A DNA stretch of 64,000 bases from Ramazzottius varieornatus (GCA_001949185.1 BDGG01000001.1:4825624-4889623), one strand, 5' to 3'. Counted from the first letter of the stretch, positions 49,998 through 63,300 are shown. Notes: generated by a model from the letters alone, not told the origin. Program-made: numbers and translations.

Positions 49998-51393
49998 CCG
50001 TCGAGCTAAGCGCCTGGGATCCCGCACAAAACTACGCCGTCGGGATGGTCATCGGCTTTCTTGGCTACTTGATTCCCTACGTCGTAATGGTGGTGGTCGA
50101 CTGTTATGTCGGGTGGAAGATGCGGAGAAGACTACGTGTTTGGTGGGAGGGAAGCCATAATGCTCGCTGAAAAAGTGAATGACACCAAATGGAAACCACC
50201 GATCGAAACCCGTCCCAAACAAAATTCCGGGTCGCCATAACTTCCCGTTAGGTTCACAGACGACGTTTTTGTCTTCAGTTAAACGCTGCGTTTACGCCGT
50301 CTCTATGACGTTATCGGAGCGTATACTGAGCGTGATTAGATTTTACGCTCATTTTACGCTGAAAAAATCAGGGAACTTTTGAATTTTCGGCGAACTATTT
50401 TTGGAGTTAGCGGGAACCGCAAACTGGCTGGGGCGGTTCGACAGTCAACGGCAGACCTTCCAGAAATCAAAGTACCGAAGGACCCGACAAAGCTCGCAGT
50501 ACTATGCCCTCGCGAGACGTAGCTTTAGGAAAGGTGTTACGACGGCAAGTTATGATCAAGAGAGACACCTCGGCTCTCCTCGCACTTGGCGCTATGGTCA
50601 TCGCTTTCTCGCTTTGCTGGATACCTTTCTACATTTTCTTCTTCGTTACACTGTTTCAGGGTGTCGAGCTGGTTTCTGCCCGGCTGGTTTCTGACGCTGG
50701 CTTACTGAACTCACCTGAACTCAGCGGTCAATCCTGTTTTCTACACCGCGCTTCATCGAGACTACCGCCAAACGTTCCTTCGTACTTTCCGTTTCTGCAA
50801 ACGACGCCTGAAGATTCAGCCTTCGTAATTGACTTCTCTTCTTGAACGGAAAGTGGCTAGTTTCCTAAAGAGGCACGTATACACACTTTGCTGGATCTCA
50901 TGATCATATGAGATCACATGCTGCTTCGAAGTGGCTTCGATTATCCATTGCATAACAATCACGCCCTCGCCTTTTTCGATAATAATTGGGACACTTTTGC
51001 AGGTTACCCCTGCGTCAGATGTTGTGAAACTACCCATTTCATCATGAAAGAGGCTACACGAAGCCGTGAATGCGAGAAGCGGGTGGAGAAGGACAGGAAG
51101 GAGTGCTATGAGGCTGTCGATGTAAAGACTAAAAAGGGGGGAAAAAGTTCAAAGTTATCCCCAATCCCCTAAAGAGATTTTTAAGCCTAACATATGTTGT
51201 ACACGAATTTTTTCATAGTTTTCACGAATGCGATAGCAAATCCGGTATTCGAGAGTTCCGCTTCAAATAGAAAGTCCGAAGAAATGAAGTAGAAAACAGC
51301 AGTGCGTCAATGCGGAAAACCGAGTGCAATAGAAATTACACATAAGCCGAAAGACGCGAGGACAAATGAGTCGAAAGAAAGGCGAAAGAAGTT

Positions 51394-54300
51394 TTAATTT
51401 CTTAGGCTTTTCTTGGCGAGAAAAGGGGTAGATTTGCTAGAACGAACGTCGCTCTCTGCCTTCTTCTTCTTCTTTACACGCAGAGAGGGTAAAGGAATAG
51501 AAAGGGGTGACGGCGGCGGCGGCTCGGGGTTCATGGCAAGGTCCACCGCGAGCCGTGTATCGGCCAGGAGGTTCTGGTGGATGGTCAGTTGGTCCCAGTT
51601 GTAATCGGACATACCCACAACCTCTTCTTCTCGTAGGCCATCCAGACCTTCCATCATACCGTTAGCCCGAGTTATGCGATCGACTGGAAAGCTTCGCGGT
51701 CCGTCGATATCGTCTGTGGGCACACCTACAACCACAGCTCACAAGATCAACCATAGTCAACCAAGAACAGAGGGTAAGCCGATCCGTAAAACCCCTACGA
51801 AAGCCAAGCTAAATCGCCTACCCCTTTTTTTGTTGAAAAACGACAAAACGAAGCACAGTAGAAGTCAATATGTAACTTAGTTTTCTGTTCAGATTTACGT
51901 CGCACTACGGGCACCAAATATCAGCAAAAGAGCCGACACACGTACCGTGAACAAAGAACCAATTATTGGTGTGTGAGGCGTAGTCCGTGCGGAAACTCGA
52001 CTCCGGTAGAGAACTGGCGTCGATATCCGTGGTACCAGAGCCCCTGATGACCTGCGCCACGTTCTGGATCAGCCTTCGCAGTTCGGCAATCTCCAAAAAG
52101 TGAGTCCACTCATCGGGCCGCACCACTTTTGGCTTAGCATCCAAATTCTTCGGGTGAGCCGTCATCTCACGTAAGGCGACCGCGGCTGGGAATTTGGTGA
52201 AATCGATGACAGGATGCTCGACGCGAATACCCAGCAGTCGCTTCAAACGTTCCACGACAAAGTCGGCCAGCTCAGCGTCCCGGTCGATGTTTTCTTTACG
52301 CTCTTCCAGGGTCTTCTCGTAGACGATCATGATCAGCGAGACGAAGGCATTGGTGTAGAGGAAGATGGTTATGACGACGGCTGTGAGGAAAAAGACTGGG
52401 CCTAAAACCCGCTCGGCGCCGGAGTAGTCTTCGAAGAGGCCATCAATGTCGGCAACCATCACGCGGACTAGCGTCACAATGCTGGCACCAAACGTGGCAT
52501 GACGCTCCAGACTCCGTCCAAAGATGACGTGACCTGTCGGAAATTCATGTTAACCAGTGTGTTCCAAATAGTCCTGACAGTAGTTTCGTGAGTGGTAGCT
52601 GGAGGCGTATTGCATAAATTACAGTACCACAAACAGAAAAACGACAATAAGTGCAGGATATCATGGAATAACTGCAAAATGGAAACTAGACGACTGCAGT
52701 ACGACCAGTCAGCAACAAAATAAATTGTCTTCGACTGGTACTATACGTGCACATAAGCGCAAACAAAAACAGTTCTTTGCAGTTACTGTATAACCATACT
52801 GAAAAAAAAGCATTTATTTTCTATTTTCGACTAATAAAACAATGCAAATGTGTATCAAAGTTAAAAAATAATCACACAAAATTTTAGGCGTGGATCTTAA
52901 GTTTTCAAACAACGGTCAAAAGGCAGCTGCTGGTATTTGGTTATGGCTTACCTGCTATAATGAAAGGGGTCATGGCCAGTAGCAGACTGATGCCATATTC
53001 AACCAGCGGTACTCTTGCATCATTCATCACGTAGAAAAGCGAGTTGACCTTCCTGTTGATCCTAAAGATCTTCAACAGCTTCACACTGCACACAAACAGG
53101 AACAGCGCCGCCATATCCAAGAACGCCAGTTCCGTCAAGACCGCGAAGTAAAAGCTGACGAAGTGGTCCTGTGGCGCTTTCAGTATTAGCTTGACAGCCG
53201 CCATCTTGTTCCGCTGTGAGTGCGTATAACACGCCACCGTCCCCCAACCTAAACTCACAATGAACACTTCCAGCCAATTCCATGGGTCTCTGAAGTATTT
53301 CCAACTGCGCTGGAACAGCGTATCGGAGATATCTTTGACCAACGACACCGTCAAGAAACACAGGAAGATCACCGCGCATATGCCGAAGACGATAGCGGCC
53401 ATGTCTAACGGCGTCATTGGGTCGGTGTACATTAGCCGGATGGTGTCGATGCGGTGAAAGGGGATGATCAACCCAGACTGATGGAACTCGAAAACCAGGA
53501 ACATGATACTGAAGACGTTGGTGGAAGGGTTGTACGTGTTCATTTGCAGGAAGATCGCGCGAGTCAAATCGTCGATCCACACCGAGTTCCTCAGTTCGGC
53601 CAGTCTTTCCTTGGCTTTCGTTCGTTGTTGGGGTATAACAGCAACGTAACCGCCGCCTTTGTATGTCTCGAGGTTGGCCATGAAGTGACCGATACCGAGC
53701 TCGGTGGCGTTCCTGTAGACCCAGGGATTATTGGTGTCATTGGAATGGAGCTGTACGTCCAGGTTCTTGTCGGATACGAAGTCCTGTTTGTCTTCGGAGT
53801 CAGGAGAGACGGTGGTAGATTGAGTCCTGTTGGTACCGTTGTTGTTCTTCGTAGTTGCAATTTCGGGAAGGACCCATGATGCAAGGAAGGACCGTGTGTC
53901 GTGCAGAGCAGTTGAGTATTCGGGTAGACAGGACATGTTGAAACTGACCACGCGCCAATCGAGACTACAATTTTCTGAAAGATCCTTCAATCAACCAATC
54001 ATGGCTACAAACGGTCTGTTTGACAAGGTATGTACGTTGCGAATTGCTCTCCCAAGTGGCGCGCACTTCCACACAATAACAATGAAAACGTGCGCCACTT
54101 AGGAAACCAATCTGCCTCGGTTCATCTGCCCACTATTATAGATATTTCAGGGAGACTTACCGCGGCGGATTCGAACTTGTCGCATTCGAGCCGGCCCCAA
54201 GCACAGGTTAGCTTCGTCCACCATGAAGTGGACCGACTTGTCCAGTAGCTGTGGTCGAGCGGTCTTTTCCGGCGAGTAAGATACGAGGAACGTACTCTCA

Positions 54301-57300
54301 AGGTAGAGCCACAACATCTCGACGGTCTTGACCTTTGAGAACGGTCCGTCCTCTTTATCGTTGGAGTCCAGGACATTGGTACCGATGAACATTGAGTCTA
54401 GCGAGGTTCGGACACGCGATCCACCCAGCGGTGTGTTCCCGTAGGTGAAGACGAAAACGGAGAACATGAAGAGGACGAACCAGCCGATATCCGTCAACCA
54501 GGTTCGCATGCGTTCTGTTAGGAATGTCATCTTCCGAACGGCTGCCACCCATTCGGAAGACGGAGGCGAATATCCCAGCCGGTTTCGAATATCTTTAACG
54601 CCGGTTCTGAATTCGCTAAACGCCGACACAACCGTACCTGAAGAAACAGATGACAGATGGAGAAACATTTGAAGGCGTCCTTCCTTTCCTATACTATTTC
54701 TATCTTCTGTATGTTATTAACAGAACGCTAGAGCTGCGCAAGCAAACTAAACCACAACGTTAATCCGGGTGACGCATACTACCATCGTGAATGATTGAAG
54801 GTCTGCGCCAGCTGAAATTCGATCTTGTCGAAAATTTCTTCTGTCAAGTGGCTCACACTTTCAACTAATGAGACTGACGTCGTGAGCCACTTGGGAAAAT
54901 GACTCGACAAAGTTGTTTTCCCAAGTGGCGCACGATCTCGGTATTGTTGGCTGGATGCGCACGCCACTTGCGCGGACGACCTGCTTGAGTTTGTTTGTCG
55001 AGCTCCCGAATATCGGCTAAAAAGCGTCAACAAAAGAATATTGATTTTTCGTTCTTTTCTTGACTGTACCTTCGTGTTCGCGAGGTGGTGGTTTGCGCAA
55101 GACGGCAGCCAGCAAGAACGAAACCAGTAAGACTTTCAGTGGTTGATTGAAGAGTACATCCATGGCTAGCGCAGAGAAAAAGGACGCAAGCCATTCCTGA
55201 CTCTTAGTTCGTCCAAAGTGGAGGCCGAACCAGACGACGAGAATAGTGGAGACGATGGCGGTGCCGAGACCGACCAGCCAAGCCACGAGTTTTGTCCAAA
55301 AAGGTAAGTTGTGTTCGGCGTGCTTGATTAGGGGTGAATTGTCGATCCGTTCAATGCGCAATGGACGGACAAAGAGCTTGCGGATGGGGCGGTTGAATTT
55401 GAAAAGGTTCAGCATGGCGGGGTTCAGATAGGTGATGCTGACTTGTTGCTTTGGTGGTTCCTCCGGCTTTGGAATATCGCTGCATAAGGAAAAAGAAACC
55501 ATTTGCTTTTGAAATCAATGAATCTGATCAACTGAAGTAGCCAAGCTGGCTGCTATGTTGGCTACTGCTAAAAGAAAAGAAGTAATAGGCCTCAAAACTC
55601 GTAGAAGGATTAGGAAGAATAATCCGCAATGTCCATCGATCATTGTCCATGAGCGATATAAGTGGCTAAAGACCGTAAAAAATTAGAACGGAAGTAGTCT
55701 GAAACGTTTTCTGGTTTGACTATTTTCGTAGTGTTTGTACCATACCCTTCAGCCACATCGTCAAGTCCTCTGGCATGCCTGGCCTTGGCGTTCTGGAACA
55801 AGTAAATAACGCCCAAATTGACCGGTAGCACCACCAGCGCACTCCGGATTCCCAGCATGATCTGATTCCAGTTGAACTCGAAACCTTTGAAGGATCGCTG
55901 CTGGTTCGGGTCATTGGTCGGTACTCCATAGAACATGATATTGGCCAACATGGTGGTCAGTAACAGCGACAAGACACAGGTGGCGCGTTGGGCCCGGGTG
56001 AAGGGACTGCGAGGTGGCCGGAAGAAAATGCTGATCCACAGATGGCCGTCCCGGATACCGCTGGTTGTGAAAGTGGTGAAGCGGTGGTAGGTACTGGTCA
56101 GGTCGTCGTGGGTCGAGACGGGTATCTCAGCCGACAGTTGGTAGTCTTTCTTGTCGGCGGACAGCCAACGGTCGGGCAGAAAGAAGAAGACCTCATTGGT
56201 TTGTACGTCCCTGACCAAAACTTCATCCACAAACCTAAAGTAAACAAGACTACTAGCGACTTACTGTACTAAATTGTCTGGAGTTATTCAGAATTTCCCT
56301 GATGTAGAGGAAGGTCGACAGGGCTTTTCATTACCAGCTAGGTCTTGAGCCTTCACCGTTGTGCCATATGGAAATCGTTTGCAGTTCGCCAAGGTAGTCC
56401 GAGGTGGCCAACAGGAATGAGTCTTCCCCGCCGGTTTCGAAAAACTTCATGTCCAATACGTCATTAAGGATGTGTGGTTCGGTCTGGTCGTGGGTACCTT
56501 TCAGGACGATGCCAACCTTGGCCGATGTACCCGCTTTGGGTCGCGCACCAGTCGACACCGTTAAGACGTAAAAGTAGGTGTCGTTTGGATCGTTGTCCAG
56601 CAAAACATGCACGCCTCTCTGAAACGAAAGACATGCGGTCAAAACTACAGCTGGAACCTTAGATGGCTAGTGTGAACCTTTTCTTCCTCTTTTCGGTCCA
56701 AGCGTCGAGCGTAGATCAGTGTGACAAAATAGAGAACCCAGATGATGGCGCAGGTGATAAGAATCAGAGGGTTTTGGAAGAACATGAGCGCGAGCTCGGC
56801 TGGATCGATGGGTTCGAGTTTGTTGGGCGGTACTAACATGCCGGCCGAGAAGACAGACGTGTGGTCGCAGTCGCAATGGATCATTTTCGAGGTTGTCCGA
56901 TTCGAGACCTGCAAGAAACACAGAACAACACCTACTCGTATAAAACACCTGACGAATGGAACCATCGTAGAAAAATGTCGGAAAATGTTGGGAAAATTGT
57001 CACCCCCGCACGAACCCGAAAGATAACCACGCAAGCCGTTTCTCGCTAGAAGCAGACAGGCTGCTTGACAATAGGTTTAAGGGAATACATATCAAAGTGA
57101 TAGTTATAATAGTTACAGTATTTTTCTGGAATTACTGTAAGTAATTTTTATCATGTAGTCCGCGTATTAGATCGACAAGAACAGAACAAAGAAAAGTTTC
57201 TGTTATGCTTACAGTGCAGCCTTGTGTCGACCATTCTTCATTGCTTTGTTCCCAGTACATGCACGCCACCGCGAACGCCGTGAAATTGTAGGTGATATTC

Positions 57301-60300
57301 TTCACGGCATTCCGCGGCGGATTGTCCACTGTCTTTAAGATAGTCGAGTCCTTGTATTCGGTCAGCTCGCCCGCTACCACCGTCACATAGACTGTTCTCG
57401 TGCCTGTCGTCCGCTTCGCCGCTGGATAGACGAAGTACAATTCTTTCGGCTCGTGCTGCCCGTGGTCTTCGAAACCTTCGACGGTCTCGCCGATCTGGTA
57501 GTCCTCGGCCTGTGCTTCGGTGGTGCTCTCCAGCGCTGGTTGTTTTTCGGCGGCCAGTACACTCAGTTTGATGTTGTGGGAGGTGCGGAGGTTGAGCTGA
57601 ATGACCAAACTCTTGTTCTCGGGTACTTGGGTAATCTTCTGCATGGTCATGTTCATGGAAGTGTAGTATCTGGCTGGCATGGATAACGTCCACTGCTCCA
57701 GGCTGATGCTGCCACCTCCCGATATTCCCTTTTCTTGAACTTCTTCTGGAACACGCGATAAGAGAATTGACACGATGAATATGCACAGCAATGAAACATG
57801 ATAGAAAAACAGGTTTCGGCAGTCCAATTTTTGGCACATTATTTTTGGTACCAAATGAACCTTTTCCGACGTTAAATTTGAGAGAATATTCTGGGGCATC
57901 GGATGGTATCTTTGCCGCACCTCGCCGTGGCTCAAAGTCTCACAAAACTGTTCGCCCTTTTGGGATGATATTGCAGGAAACTTCAGGGGCGATTAACCTC
58001 CAAAACACCCCACCTTGGGGGTTTGGTGTCAAAACGATTGTATGTGTAGTCTTACGCTGTAAAAAATCTGGTAAAAAATCAGATCTGACTTCAGATTCGT
58101 GTTCCTCGATGTCTGTTTCGTGTTACCCCATCAGCAGTTACAAAAAGCCCCTGGCGTGCCAAAACTTCAAAACCGTTTCCGGAACAATCGCGTTATTAGT
58201 CAATGTGCCAAAAATTGGGCTGCCGAAACCCAAAAGCCGACGCGATTTCTTCACCAACGATGATTGGACTGGAGAAAATCATTGAATAATTACGTTTTAG
58301 CGGGAAAGCAACGTGGATGGGTTGTTTCAGATCTTTCAGCGGTTTGGCATCTTGAGTTTTTGGATCGGCGAAGGAAAGCTCCACATTGGGAGTAGTGACA
58401 TCGGCGGAAGAACGAGCCCAAGCGTACAAGTTGTTCTCGCTGAGCATCGTCTATTCTGCCAAAGGAAACGACACATAAAATAGCGACGGCAGAATGGATG
58501 TTGGACGCAAGACGCCAGCTTGCCAATGAGACTAAAATGGTCGATGCTAAGGCACCTGGACTTGGACATTTAGGCCCTGGAGATTACTGCCCATATCGTC
58601 GGGGATCTCCAGGTACTCCTTCATCTTGCCGGTAGCGATGCGGCTCTTGACATCGGCCGCCTTCTGCTGCTGAACTCCCACCAACATTTCCGCAGAGACA
58701 AATTCAGTGGGATCTTCGCCCACAATCTTTGTCGCTCCGTAGGACTTCATGACAGAGTTCAGTGACTTGACGCAGTTTATGCCAGCCTTCTTGGCTTCGT
58801 CACCGAGGTCTTCTGGTTCGGGTGATGGCCCTCCATCATACATTATAGCTGGGCGTTTCGGTCTTCGGTGGTCGATGGCGTCAAAGAGGTTGGTCAATGC
58901 CCGAATCATGAACCTGGACGAAAGGTGACATTGAAGGAGGGAGAAAGGAAAAGGCCAGTTCGTCGTCTTACCCCGCCGTTTCCTCCATTTCCTGTGGACC
59001 GGCGTCGACTCGCATATCAGTGGCCAGTCTGTCTGCCAGGTCCAAAAGGATATTTGCTGACGCCTCCTACAGAACCATGAATACAATAATTGTGAAATTT
59101 AATCAAAAGTGGATGCAAGGAAAAGGTGGACGGAAATGTACCTGGGTTTCGTTCTGGATCTCGTGTGGGTCGCCGACAACTTGGCTCAGGGATGCAGCCA
59201 CCTGCTGGACGGCACCCAGGCTGTTGACCGGTACATTTGCCAGTGCGTCGACCAGGGTGCTTCGCATCTAAAGGAGGCAAACAGCCATACTCAATAGTTG
59301 CCATCAACTTTGTCCCGAACGTGAGCGGTAAAACGCTGCCATCTCAGTGGCTTTTAGCTCGTAGTTGACGGATGCCATAAATAACACCATGTGAAGCTAC
59401 GAGTAAAGTGTGTTTAGTTAGCCTCACGCAACTCGTGTACCTTCATCTTTTCCTTTTTTTCTGGACTATCGACGGTAAAGTTGTCCAGAAGAGGATTATT
59501 CAGTTGACGCGATATGACCAATGCAGCTTGGGCGATCCCTACGACATAATCGTAGTATGGATTAAGCATTTCTAGATGACTTAGTGCATTGGCACACCTT
59601 GATCGTTTTTGGCGTCAAGATTTTTGGACAGCAATCCGCCTGGTGATACGAGATTTTTTAGTATCCTGGACAATTCTTCCGCAGTCTTGGCCTGGGGTTG
59701 TACCTAAAACCAGCCATATGTTTTTAGCAAAGATGTCAAGAGGATAACTGTTCGACATCCACGCACTTTGATGTCCAGCTTCGTCACTTGGACAGAACCA
59801 AGAGCGTCGTAAACTCCAATGTAGATCTCGGCCGAGTAATTCCGCTTTGGGTTCCCTCTTGACAGGACCGTAGCCGGCAAGTACGGATCGATGTTGTAAT
59901 ACAGCAATGTACCTAAAGTGCATTCCAATCTTATTCCACAAACAATATAGAAAAATGGTCTGATCAGTGATCATGGTGTGATAAGACGAAGAAACGAGCT
60001 TGACATTTGACGAAAGAAAGCCACGGTAATGTCAACCTTCCATTTCAGCAGTATCATTGGGTGCCACGACTTTTTCCTCGCCGTTATGGTAATGAAAGCG
60101 GTACATGAGAGGCAAGTCGTGGTCCTTGTCGATAAAGCCCCGACATTCAACGTCGAACAGCGTCTCCAACTCGTATCCTTCTGTTGGATCGACGATACAG
60201 ATTCCGCCTGACGGAGGCTCGTTGATTCGAGCAGAGTACTCCGCCGTCGTGGAAGTTTTATTGTCAGGCATTGTAACTGAAACAGCAGAAAGACCTCAAA

Positions 60301-63300
60301 GATTATTCAGGACATGACAGAAACACTCCGCAGAAGAATTTACCGGTGAATTTGAAGCGATATAATGCTTCAGGTGCCTCAAGCGGGAAATTGTTGGGCA
60401 GCACAGCAAAGATGGGCCAGGTTTTGTTGAACTCTACGCGGGAATGGTTGGTCGAGTCGTTGGTCCAGATAAACTGATCGAAGTCCTCGTCACTGGTCGA
60501 CAAGACTTCCCACAGGAACGTCGCGCCATCACAGTGTTCACAAGTGCCTTCGAGGGCAAAGCGCTCACCCGCATCAATCCGCGCAGCACAGTTGGACTTC
60601 AAACAGCTGCAACCAGACAAAGCTGTCAAGACTGGCTATTTTATCAAGAGCAGGATCTTACTTGATTTCGACAGACGGGAAGCCATCTGCCACCACCGTC
60701 ACCATTTGCGTGGCTGTCCCAATGCAGGGTGTTAAGACGGTAGGAGTTCGACCTTCCATGTTTCGCTGTACTTCCACCGTCACGCTAAAGAAGTAAACTC
60801 CCTCTTTCAATGGTCCCGGAATCGTATAGGTCTTCTGTCCTTCTGCAAAGCAAAATCAATGGATAAAACTTCACCGACTAAGTTCACGCCAAAGTTTGAA
60901 CACAGTGAGCAGGTAGAACTTGTTTGGTGTGGTTTTATAAATGGTATTCCTTACTTGAGTCAGGTATGAAGCCAGAGCAGCTGGGATACTGGCAGCTACT
61001 GCTCACCAGAGTTTCAACCGATATGGGAGGCTGTGGGAAGTATCGTTCCGGAAAGGCGCCATCTACTGGCGTACCAAACCAGTAATACCTGAAACCAAAC
61101 ATTCGTCAACCTTTCCTAACAGATGCGATATTCGGCGCACCATTTTCAGAAAGGTGAGGATATTATGTACCCACGTCAGTGTCTGATTTTCAGCCGGCGT
61201 ACTGTCGTCCGGATCCCACGAGAACTGCGGATTACTGGCGTCCAGAACGATGCTGTCCGTCTTGCTGACAATCCGTTTGGTGCCTCCTTTGATTTCGAGC
61301 TTGATGGGTGTTGCAGTTATGTTGAACCAGCCCTTCAAAATATGAGCAAGCGTGAAGGACCGTAAGTGAAATTTGATTTGCAAGGCCGGCAAACGAAACG
61401 TGCACAAAGGCACAAGTAGCGCACGTCGCCAGCCAATACTAGCAGAGACGTGCACCACTTGAGATAATGATCTCGAAATCTCGGAACCAGGCGTACTCGG
61501 TCAACGTTGATCAAATCTGAGTCTATCGCCGTTTTCCCTCTTCTCACAGTATCCAGCTTGTCCGTCATATTCCACAGGTGCCTGTCAAACTGGTGCATTG
61601 CTCGTGAGACATTAAGTTCTGCAGTCTTGATACTGGGCGGCACTGCACCCATCAACGTCATCACGGTGGCGATCGCCATTGACGCATTATCAATGGCTTT
61701 GATCGTCGTGTTGACCACCACAGCCATTCGTTCCACCAACTTTAACGCATCAGTCGCGATCTCTGCCGTACTCTTCGGCGGAACTATCGGTATCGTACTA
61801 TTAGGATCGGGTGGAAGTGGAGCTTTGGTTGTTACGATTCTGTTGGGTTTAACCGAGTCCACTTTCGCATTCGCAGCTTCGGTTAACGCGGCCGAAGCGT
61901 TGGGCAATAATGCCTGTATGTCGGTTAGGTTCGCCACTGACTCGTTCATGGACTTCAAAGAGTCGTTCAGCATTTGGGAGGCAAATACAAGGTCCTCAGT
62001 AGGGTTCGGCGATTCGGCTTCTTTCTCCACATCAGCCATCGCGAGTGTCAGGTTAGCCATCAAATCTTGTATATTTGTGACGATGGTTGTAATGAAGGGG
62101 CTGATATCAGTAAAGTTTTCGGCGGCATCGGTGAAGGACTGGATGGTCTCGTTGGAGGTGGCGGTAACTTTGAGCATGTCCATGTACAGGCCGTACATGA
62201 AGGTGTTGGCCGGGAAGGCCATGAACTTGTCGTTCTTCTTGATGTCTTTGATGGCGTCGTCATGAGTTACTTCGTTGCTCTTGCGGGGACCCGTCCAGTC
62301 TTCGGTCAGCTCCGGGATGGGATGGTCGACGGTCAGCTTGTACATGGTCCACTCGTAGACGAAAATGTATTGCTTGCATTTCGTGTTGAAGAAGGGCTTG
62401 GTGACCGAGGACTGGATGACGAAATACTGGCTGCGGTGAAACGGTGGACCCGAACTGATGTTCCAGCCACCTGTAAAGATAACGAGGCTGAGGTCTGATG
62501 AGCAGTTGAGGTCGAGATTTCGGACCCAGGCAAACAAAATTCACAAGATCGTTTTGACAAGTGGCGTACACCTCATCCAAAACCCTTAGAAATATGCGCC
62601 ACCTCAGAGACGGAATTCGACAAGATGGGTTTTTCCCAAGTGGCATACGTTTTCCACCAATAATACCCCAATTGTGCGCCACTAAGAAAGCTATCTTGTC
62701 GAGTATGTCCTCGGCGATCGATCCTTACCAAACTGGAGTAGTGTTATAAGGCAGATCAGCAGTATCCCCAACACAATATCAGAGGGATCGCTCGAAGCCG
62801 TGAGACAGGAACAATCAGAATTCGAATACCTCGGTAAAATTGCGCTCAGACAACGCTGCGCACCACCCAGTTTTTCCACAAAACCTTCTTCTAAAATTCT
62901 GCAGGCTAGTTTTCCATACGTTTTTTGCTTCGCTACATAGTGCAGGTTCCGTAGTACTAATCTATCGAACACTGTTTAATCAGGCCGCTGCTGCCGAGAG
63001 AGGAAAATTTTGTAGGAAACTCAGTTTTGAAGGTCCTCCTTTCCGCAATTTTCCTGTCTTTCTTGAATGATCGCAGCCGCCTGTTTTCTGGTTTGATAAA
63101 TTAACAAGAGGCAGCTACTAATGTGCCAAACATAGGATAGCCTTTGAAAGTCGCCATACAAAGCTGAGAGAAAGTTTTCAAATCCGTCGAAAACCTTAAT
63201 TTTGTTGGTGAAGACCTGATACTTATAAAGTTACTACTTGCCGTTAATGATGGAGACAGTTGGGAAGCAAATATCCGGGTACGGGTCAACATGGACCACC

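Larger units (their letters stand above)
47700..50828 (+). pseudogene. Class A (aminergic-like) GPCR pseudogene
   Basis: TM2/ECL1 DFIVRLIVLPCFAIYNYHGYWPFG; TM3 end TLCIIGIER|LWYV split by intron 47921-49050; TM4 TILVSW; TM5 GYLIPYVVM; TM6 AFSLCWIPFY; TM7 LNSAVNPVFY. TM1 and part of TM3 not found. Frameshifts and an exonic MITE. Confidence 0.8.

Noticed and set aside
54736-55002. CRISPR array or integron attC interpretation of the tandem palindromes
   Set aside because: The context is a eukaryotic intron, spacers are related to one another, arrays have at most 3 units, and there is no cas or integrase gene.
61507-62498. 252-aa and 174-aa plus-strand ORFs
   Set aside because: Antisense to a PKD1-like exon, with no independent motifs.
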